Assembly: GCF_006345805.1 (NCBI RefSeq)
Contig: NW_021828391.1
Location: forward strand, 1-8,634
Direction: 5' to 3'
Source: Octopus sinensis
Taxonomy: Eukaryota
DNA: 8,634 nucleotides
Shown: piece after piece, positions 1 to 7,273 of the stretch
Numbering within the stretch: position 1 is the first letter of the stretch
Layout: each line of letters begins with the position of its first letter
Notes under the pieces: model-generated
The model's database searches: none
The model's input: only the letters and a program-made list of their open reading frames with translations
What the model was told of the DNA's origin: nothing
Translations under genes and position numbers: made by a program

Positions 1-9
1 ATATGTATG

Positions 10-1470
10 AAACAAATCGCTTGCCGTGAATTACCGTCCAATCTCACTCACCTCTCATATCATTAAGGTATTTGAGAGAGTGCTGAGATCGCGTATGACT
101 CACTTCCTCGAGAGTCATAATATGCTGAACTCCAACCAGCATGGATTCCGTAATGGAAGAGATTGCCTGACGCAGCTACTGCATCATTTTGATGTCATTT
201 TGAGAGCCTTGGGAGAGGGCTCCAACACTGATGTCATCTTCCTTGATTTCAGCAAGGCCTTTGACAGGGTTGATCATAAGATCCTTTTGAGAAAGCTGTC
301 CAATATTGGTGTCACTGGAAAGCTGCTGCAGTGGATCAAGTGCTTCCTGTCTAACAGAACCCAACATGTTGTAGTCGAAGGAGTCAAATCCAGCCCAGCC
401 AAAGTCAGCAGTGGTGTCCCACAAAGCACTTTGTTGGACACACTTCTCTTCATCATCTACATTAATGATATTACTGACGCCATAAAACACAGTAACATCA
501 GAACTTTCGCTGATGATTCCAAGCTCCAGAAGGTCATCAATGGCGTGGATGACCGAATAAACCTTCAGTCAGACCTACTGGCTGTTCTCCAATGGGCGGA
601 AAAGAATAACATGTTACTAAACGAAGACAAATTCGAACTGATCCACTTGGAAGGGAGGACGCTCTAAAACCCCATACTCTCTTCCTTCTGGAGAAATTCT
701 CATGGCGTCTAACAACATCAGAGACTTGGGGAGTAACAGTGGACAACAACATAAGCTGGGCTACACATATAAGCAGCAAAGTTGATATGGCCGCAGAATG
801 TGTTCCTGGATTCTCAGAACCTTCCAGTCGAGAGATTCCCACACTATTATCCTTCTCTTCTCCCCTTTTGCCCGACCCCACCTTGAATACTGCTGTCCAC
901 TGTGGTCTCAATACACAAAACAAAATATTATGAGATTGAAGCTCCCCAACGGTCAATCACAAAAAGATAGATGGCATGTCAGACCTTGACTACTAGGGTA
1001 GCCTAGAGAAACTGAAACTGTATTCACTCCACGACGCCGTGAACGCTACATTATCTGTATGATGTGGAAAATATTCCATCAGCACTGTCCGAATGATGTT
1101 GGCATCACCTTCAAATACATCAAGGCTTGGACCACGTGCCATCCGTCCACAACAAAATCTAAATCGCACCACATAACGACAATACGGCACAATTATTTCA
1201 TCTCAATTGGAACCGCTCTCTTCAACATTACACCAGGACACGTCAAAACAGACACTGACCACAGAAAATTCAAGAAGTCTTTGACAAATTTTCAAAACAG
1301 TCCCGGACAAACCACCCACACCGGATATGTCTCCGCAAACAATAACTCTCTGCTCGAATGGGCCTTGGTGCCCAAATCCTGAACTGAAAGACTTCGCCAG
1401 GTGGTGCTATTAAGTTAGACATGGCCTGGGCCAATACTGGCCAAAACCTTTCTAAGTTATTCTAGAGTTA
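10..1470 (+). mobile_element. 5'-truncated non-LTR retrotransposon (CR1/L2-group LINE), copy 1: RT domain, ORF2 C-terminus, short 3' UTR and tandem-repeat tail
   Basis: RT motifs NYRPISLTS, QHGFR, FLDFSKAFD, GVPQxT, YIND, FADD. Downstream CR1/L2-type motifs appear across frames: RPHLEYCCPLWS, LKLYSL..RRERY, WKI. Stop codon at 1380-1382, ~70-nt 3' UTR, tail TTCTAAGTTA-TTCTAGAGTTA (1450-1470), then (TA)n. Clade assignment is from motif recognition only. Confidence 0.9.
26..1382 (+). pseudogene. Frameshifted ORF2 fragment (reverse transcriptase plus C-terminal domain) of LINE copy 1
   Basis: ORF 26-667 encodes the RT core. The reading continues in shifted frames (739-933, 798-989, 1059-1382). 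The first shift is at ~645 (CACTTGGA versus CACTTTGGA in copy 2). No endonuclease domain or ORF1 is present. Confidence 0.85.
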
Positions 1471-1493
1471 TATAAATATATATATATATATAT
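1469..1493. repeat. (TA)n microsatellite flanking the LINE 3' end
   Basis: Directly visible TA run. Confidence 0.9.
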
Positions 1494-1719
1494 CGAACTA
1501 GAATCATTGAGGAAGCAAATACAAAGTCAACACGCATGTCATTTCATAATTCGAACATTTATTATAGAATAAACATATAACCCGCAAGATGGAAGAAAAT
1601 TTCATATGACAGCCAACGTAATAATAATAATATGGTATGGTGCGAGAAAAATTCTTATCTTTAAAACTTAGAATTAATATTCTAGCGATTCAAAGAGAAT
1701 ACATTTAGAAAAGGACGTA

Positions 1720-1852
1720 TAAAGTAAAATATAATATAAGCAAATATATAAAATATATAGGTATATAAAAATATAGACATATAAAAAATATATAAAACAT
1801 ATATAATATATATACATATAGGAGCATATAAAAAATATAATATATATATATC
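1720..1852. repeat. AT-rich low-complexity, degenerate TA repeat
   Basis: Almost entirely A/T, with interrupted ATAT/ATAA motifs. Confidence 0.75.
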
Positions 1853-1955
1853 GTGTAAATAAAGTAAAATAAGGTTCATCGTTTAGAAATCTTAATCAGG
1901 TAAAATAAGCCTTATATATAAGAAGGAAATCATGGTTACTTATCCCTATGGCCAT

Positions 1956-2266
1956 TATGTATATATGTATATATACATGTATGTATATATGTATGTATAT
2001 ATGGATGTATATATGTATGTATGTATATATCTATATATATCTATATATATCTATATATATATGCATGCATATAACTATGTATATATGTATGTATATATAT
2101 ACACATGTATGTATATATGTATGTATATATGTATTTATGTATATATGTATGTATGTATATATATATATATATATATAATATATATACATGCATATAACTA
2201 TATGTATATATATATATATATACAACTACATACATACATGTATATATTTATGTATATATGTATGTA

Positions 2267-2310
<44 letters not shown>

Positions 2311-2362
2311 ACATGTATATATATATATGTATGTATGAGTATAAGCGTATGTATGAGTATGT
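1956..2362. repeat. Compound (TA)n/(TATG)n microsatellite
   Basis: About 400 bp of TA, TATG and TACA motifs. A sub-block ATGCATATAACTATGTATAT recurs near 2065 and 2187. Confidence 0.95.
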
Positions 2363-3652
2363 ACGAAGGAGAAATTTTTTTTCAAGCATATAGTTTACTT
2401 TAATATTTGTGTCTTTGTGAAATGGATGTTGGTTGGATTATGTTCTTCATTATCTTTGTATTAATGGCGGTGGAGAAGGATGGCGTTCCAGTGTCTTTTG
2501 TTTATTTGAACTCATAAAATTATGTGTAATTAAAATTACTTCATCAGTAAATGAAGGATTTAAAAATATTCTTCCTTCCCCCCATCCCCATCCACTCTAA
2601 TTCTCCAATATAAATATCTTTTATAGGTAATTCCAGCCTGAAGAATTCAATATGTTATATAATAATAATAATAATAATGATTTTAGTCAGTTGTCTGTTT
2701 GCTCAAAAATATCAAAAATATGTTTGGGAAATTATTGGCAGATACATTCGTTTGCTTCCTGGAAAACTGAAAATTGAGAATAATTTTTTAGCCTGAAGAG
2801 AAGGTGTGGAAGGATGAGCGGGAGGAGAGGTGGTGGTCATGGGGAAGACTCTTGTAAAGGATTATTCCTGTTGAAATTAAGTAATGAGATTATTAACTGA
2901 AAATATGTAAACTTGTCTTGTTCAATTATCAATGTCCCTTAAGTGTTGCATTATCTACACAAGTGCAATCTCTGAAATAATTTGAAAACAGCTAAATTGA
3001 ATTGAGAAGAGATAATTAAATTAAAAACAGAATACATTGATAATGCTTGTTCTTTTCTGAAGAATTATATTTGACAGAAGGAATTACACAATGTTGTTGT
3101 TTTTTACAATGCTGTTCAAACATTTGCTTTTAAATTTCTCATTTTTATATTAAAAAATATATAACACTGCTCCTAATGAAAACTGTTTTTCTTTTCTTTT
3201 TATCTGTTTTTAAATTTTTAAATTAAAAAATCAAACAAAATGTATTAATGGGATAAAACGTAGTGGACTTCATACAAAATTTATATGAAACAAATTCACA
3301 AATGGAATAAAAACAAAAAAAATTATCATACTTCAAATAAACTTGCAGACATAAGTCCGTTTAAAGGCATCATTATGAAAACATATTCAAAATTTGGTTA
3401 TTAATAACCAAATAGTAGAAACCGATTGACAAGATGAGACATTTCAAATAGACTTTTTATAATGAACTGCTGTCAAATGTAAATAAAGGAAATGTTAACA
3501 CAGGAGATAATGACTGCGAACGATCTGCTAATTAAAGTGCAATTAGCAACATGGGTGATGGTTTAATTAGCAACACTCACTGGTAAAGAAAAAAAGGGAT
3601 TACCTCCCCTTGCCTTTCAACTCCATCCAAGCATGTTCCATGCATTAAATAC

Positions 3653-3799
3653 CTGCCAGTTGTTACTTGGGGATTCGACAGGATTGTTAGCGGATTGCTT
3701 AGAATGTATTGAAGTAGTCATTCTGGCATTCTGTGCCCTGAGTTCAAATCGCATCAACGTCAACTTTGCTTTTTCATTCTTTCAATACAACATCAGGTA
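3653..3799 (-). other. Possible exon of a host gene (tentative)
   Basis: On the minus strand, an acceptor-like TTCCTTTCAG precedes and a donor-like CAG|GTATTT follows a 147-nt segment of higher GC. One frame is open from an ATG to the donor (MRFELRAQNARMTTSIHSKQSANNPVESPSNNWQ). No homology recognised. Confidence 0.25.
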
Positions 3800-3828
3800 C
3801 TGAAAGGAATACATCATTATATTTTGCA

Positions 3829-3836
3829 CTCTCTCA

Positions 3837-3882
<46 letters not shown>
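3829..3882. repeat. (CT)n/(GA)n microsatellite
   Basis: Directly visible CT run. Confidence 0.95.
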
Positions 3883-3886
<4 letters not shown>

Positions 3887-4430
3887 TTCAAAGATTTCCA
3901 CTGTGGTTTGACAGAGAGAGGGGTTAGCTACATCATGTTTAAAATACCCAAATATGAGTGTGAGGAAGGTGTCCTTATGATTCTGACAACATATGATGAC
4001 TGAAGACAGGGAATGGATATGAATAGACCCCCTCATCAATAGATATACCCAATACTCAATCCTATTCAACAACCACAGTTATCTGTGGTAGTAGTAAGTA
4101 CGTCAGATAAAAATGCTATCTGATGCATCTACTGAAAATCTAAGCAGGGTCCTGTCAAACTGTTCCTGTCTATTTATTTGCACAAGCTAATAATGAACCA
4201 ATGAGAGATCGTGTATGTGGTGGTTAGGTCTGTTAGATGTAGCAGCCACATCTGCCTCGTATCTTAAAACAAGGACATGTGAACTCACATGGTTATATGG
4301 TCATTGCAAATAGGAAAAAGACAGGATGGTCACAGCTAGAATGCTTTTGATCTCAGGCCTGCACAGTCAGGGTTGACCAAGGGCTAAGCAATAAATTTGT
4401 TCACAAGGGATGTATGTATGTTTATCCCTC

Positions 4431-4578
4431 CAACACCGATTGACAACCGGTGCTATTGTGTTCATGTCCCCGTAACTTAGCGTTTCGTCAAAAAGAGAAA
4501 GATAGATTAAATACTAGGCCCACAAAGAATAAGTCCTGGTTTCCATTTTCTCGAATAAAGGCGCTGCTGCGGCATGGA

Positions 4579-4615
<37 letters not shown>

Positions 4616-4765
4616 GTGTGTGTGTGTGTGTGTGTGTGGCCGATAGTTTAAATACTAGGCCTACAAAGTATAAGTCCTGGTGTCGATGTACACGAATAAA
4701 GGCATTGCTCCACCATGGCCGCAGTCAAATGATTGAAAAATTAAGTGTACAAAACAGAAAATAAC
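4431..4765 (+). mobile_element. Degenerate SINE remnant (3' part) resembling an abundant Octopus SINE family, with an internal duplication
   Basis: The stretch GACAACCGGTG...CCCCGTAACTTAGCG.TTCG.CAAAA...GATAG...TACTAGGC..ACAAAG.ATAAGTCCTGG...CATGGCCGCAGTCAAATGA.TGAAA matches my recollection of a common Octopus SINE body and tail. No tRNA head with A/B boxes was identified. Not database-verified. Confidence 0.6.
4579..4637. repeat. Compound (TA)n(GT)n microsatellite inside the SINE
   Basis: Directly visible. Confidence 0.95.
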
Positions 4766-4798
4766 CAGAAAAGTTTATATTCTCTTAACTACATAATT

Positions 4799-4840
4799 AA
4801 GGGAGATAACTGAAAATCAACTTTTAGAGTTACTTCCCTT
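4799..4840. other. Imperfect inverted repeat / hairpin, possible MITE remnant
   Basis: AAGGGA/TCCCTT, TAACT/AGTTA and AAAA/TTTT pair around a TCAAC loop. Confidence 0.5.
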
Positions 4841-5087
4841 TACATATTAATAAAAGACATGACAGTTTAAGATGTAGGTGCGTTTGTTTTTCGCATGCGA
4901 AGGGCACGCTTGCATTCCTGCAAGAAGAGACAAACATACACGTGCAAATTTTCTGCTGTTTACTTTAACAAATAAACATTGACTAGCTTATAATTTACAT
5001 TTAATTACACCTGAAAACTATGTAAAGTACTCACCCTATCTACTAATACCCTTTGGACATGATCAGGTTTTCTTTTGTTTTAGATAG

Positions 5088-5168
5088 TATATATGCGTAT
5101 GTGGGTATATACACGTCTATATGTATGAATGCATACATTTATGTATATAAATATATATATATATATAT
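5088..5168. repeat. TA/TATG-rich tract at the left boundary of the tandem array
   Basis: Degenerate TATG/TA repeat ending in pure (TA)n that runs into the first unit. Confidence 0.85.
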
Positions 5169-5290
5169 AACGATTTAGGAGTGACCCCAACAGGTCACTC
5201 GTCCACCAGAAAGAGCAGCCATAACTCACACCGCCAAGTATTAGTAATTCAGAAATTAGGTGAAAATTTAAAACATTTACCCTAATTCAT

Positions 5291-5392
5291 CCTTTTAGAC
5301 GTTGCAACGTTTCTGTGTCATTAATGATTAAATTAGCTTAATTAAATTAAATTAAGCCAATCTACCATAGGTTACACTTCATCAGTAAAAGA
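5291..5392 (-). ncRNA. Type I hammerhead ribozyme, copy A
   Basis: Minus strand: stem I 5' strand UCUUUUA (5392-5386), CUGAUGA (5385-5379), domain II, GAAA (5313-5310), stem III palindrome ACGUUGCAACGU, C17 at 5298, stem I 3' strand UAAAAGG (5297-5291). Confidence 0.8.
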
Positions 5393-5767
5393 CCTGGGAG
5401 AGACCAAATATACACGAGGCGTCTGTATTGATGCCTAACGGGATATCTGACTTAAAATTTTCAAGACTGACGTATTCGCGCCAAACTTATCAACAGTAAA
5501 ATATAAAAACTGCCGATTCAATCTCAGAATTATTCAGAAAATTATCAATTAGTCAATTAGGGTAGCAAAAAAATTCAATAGAAATTTATCGCAACCAGCG
5601 GCCTGGTGAAAAAGAGAAAATAGTCATCGACTAAATATATAAATATAACGATTTAGGAGTGACCCCAACAGGTCACTCGTCCACCAGAAGAGCAGCCATA
5701 ACTCACACCGCCAAGTATTAGTAATTTAGAAATTAGGTGAAAATTAAAAACATTTACCCTAATTCAT

Positions 5768-5868
5768 CCTTTTAGACGTTGCAACGTTTCTGTGTCATTA
5801 ATGATTAATTAGCTTAATTAAATTAAATTAAGCCAATCTACCATAGGTTACACTTCATCAGTAAAAGA
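5768..5868 (-). ncRNA. Type I hammerhead ribozyme, copy B
   Basis: Same architecture: CUGAUGA at 5861-5855, GUC triplet with C17 at 5775, stem I intact. Confidence 0.8.
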
Positions 5869-6235
5869 CCTGGGAGAGACAATATACACGAGGCGTCTGT
5901 ATTGATCCTACGGGATATCTGACTTAAAATTTTCAAGACTGACGTATTCGCGCCAAACTTATCAACAGTAAATATAAACTGCCGATTCAATCCAGAATTA
6001 TTCAGAAAATTATCATTAGTCAATTAGGGTAGCAAAAAAATTCAATAGAAATTTATCGCAACCAGCGGCCTGGTGAAAAAGAGAAAATAGTCATCGACTA
6101 AATATATAAATATAACGATTTAGGAGTGACCCCAACAGGTCACTCGTCCACCAGAAGAGCAGCCATAACTCACACCGCCAAGTATTAGTAATTCAGAAAT
6201 TAGGTGAAAATTTAAAAACATTTACCCTAATTCAT

Positions 6236-6336
6236 CTTTTTAGACGTTGCAACGTTTCTGTGTCATTAATGATTAAATTAGCTTAATTAAATTAAATTAA
6301 GCCAATCTACCATAGTTACACTTCATCAGTAAAAGA
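6236..6336 (-). ncRNA. Type I hammerhead ribozyme, copy C (stem I weakened)
   Basis: CUGAUGA at 6329-6323, C17 at 6243. The stem I 3' strand reads UAAAAAG instead of UAAAAGG, which is either a variant or a read error. Confidence 0.7.
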
Positions 6337-6588
6337 CCTGGAGAGACAAATATACACACGAGGCGTCTGTATTGATGCCTACGGGATATCTGACTTAAAA
6401 TTTTCAAGACTGACGTATTCGCGCCAAACTTATCAACAGTAAATATACTGCCGATTCAATCTCAGAATTATTCAGAAAATTATCAATTAGTCAATTTAGG
6501 GTAGCCAAAAAATTCAATAGAAATTTATCGCAACCAGCGGCCTGGTGAAAAAGAGAATAGTCATCGACTAAATATATAAATATAACGA

Positions 6589-7256
6589 TTTCACCTAATT
6601 TCTGAATTACTAATACTTGGCGGTGTGAGTTATGGCTGCTCTTTCTGGTGGACGAGTGACCTGTTGGGGTCACTCCTAAATCGTTATATTTATATATTTA
6701 GTCGATGACTATTTTCTCTTTTTCACCAGGCCGCTGGTTGCGATAAATTTCTATTGAATTTTTTTGCTACCCTAAATTGACTAATTGATAATTTTCTGAA
6801 TAATTCTGAGATTGAATCGGCAGTTTATATTTACTGTTGATAAGTTTGGCGCGAATACGTCAGTCTTGAAAATTTTAAGTCAGATATCCCGTAGGCATCA
6901 ATACAGACGCCTCGTGTATATTTGTCTCTCCCAGGTCTTTTACTGATGAAGTGTAACCTATGGTAGATTGGCTTAATTTAATTTAATTAAGCTAATTTAA
7001 TCATTATGACACAGAAACGTTGCAACGTCTAAAAGGATGAATTAGGGTAAATGTTTTAAATTTCACCTAATTCTGAATTACTAATACTTGGCGGTGTGAG
7101 TTATGGCTGCTCTTTCTGGTGGACGAGTGACCTGTTGGGGTCACTCCTAAATCGTTATATTTATATATTTAGTCGATGACTATTTTCTCTTTTTCACCAG
7201 GCCGCTGGTTGCGATAAATTTCTATTGAATTTTTTTGCTACCCTAAATTGACTAAT
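6589..7256 (+). mobile_element. Inverted continuation of the same ~470-bp unit (~1.4 units; ribozyme sense is the plus strand)
   Basis: Reverse complement of the unit. The anchor AAATCG occurs at 6678 and 7149 (period 471). The tract ends at ...TTGACTAAT (7256) in a (TA)n run. Confidence 0.85.
6936..7036 (+). ncRNA. Type I hammerhead ribozyme, copy D
   Basis: UCUUUUA 6936-6942, CUGAUGA 6943-6949, domain II 6950-7013, GAAA 7014-7017, stem III 7017-7028 (ACGUUGCAACGU), C17 7029, UAAAAGG 7030-7036. Stem I has 6 Watson-Crick pairs plus one U-G pair. Confidence 0.8.
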
Positions 7257-7273
7257 ATATATATATATGTATG

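Larger units (their letters stand above)
5163..6591 (-). mobile_element. Three head-to-tail copies of a ~470-bp hammerhead-containing unit (putative non-LTR retrozyme array; ribozyme sense is the minus strand)
   Basis: The anchor CGATTT recurs at 5171, 5649, 6116 and 6586 (periods 478, 467, 470). Units are near-identical apart from mostly homopolymer indels, and each has a hammerhead core. Confidence 0.8.

Noticed and set aside
26-667. RT next to a repeat array read as a bacterial retron, group II intron, DGR or CRISPR-associated RT
   Set aside because: The motifs, C-terminal domain and 3' tail are those of a eukaryotic non-LTR LINE, and the context is microsatellite-rich eukaryotic DNA.
176-1190. 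Antisense and alternate-frame ORFs over LINE copy 1 (and 7448-7732 over copy 2)
   Set aside because: These are shadows of the RT frame or frameshifted fragments of it, with no independent motifs.
1682-2403. Several Y/I/M/C-rich ORFs on both strands
   Set aside because: They are translations of TA/TATG microsatellite, which lacks stop codons by composition.
3782-4764. ORFs 3782-4072 and 4450-4764
   Set aside because: They run through (GA)n or SINE/(TA)(GT) repeats and show no recognisable domain.
5163-6591. Helitron/Helentron-derived tandem repeat or mitochondrial control-region insertion
   Set aside because: No matching termini, tRNA or rRNA flanks were seen, and the complete hammerhead explains the conserved palindromes better. 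Not formally excluded.
5838-6673. Short ORFs inside the array (5838-6023 and 6491-6673)
   Set aside because: They are not preserved across the near-identical units, and one spans the inversion junction.
5171-7154. Copy-specific indels among units as evidence of evolutionary divergence
   Set aside because: Almost all fall in homopolymer runs, which is typical of long-read error, so they cannot be used to date the array.
5163-7256. CRISPR array
   Set aside because: The whole ~470-bp unit repeats. There are no short repeats with unique spacers and no cas genes.
5163-7256. Second ribozyme in the opposite polarity of the unit (viroid-like ambisense)
   Set aside because: No CUGANGA core on the other strand of the unit, and I recognised no twister, HDV-like or hairpin ribozyme by eye. 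A covariance-model scan would be needed to exclude one fully.
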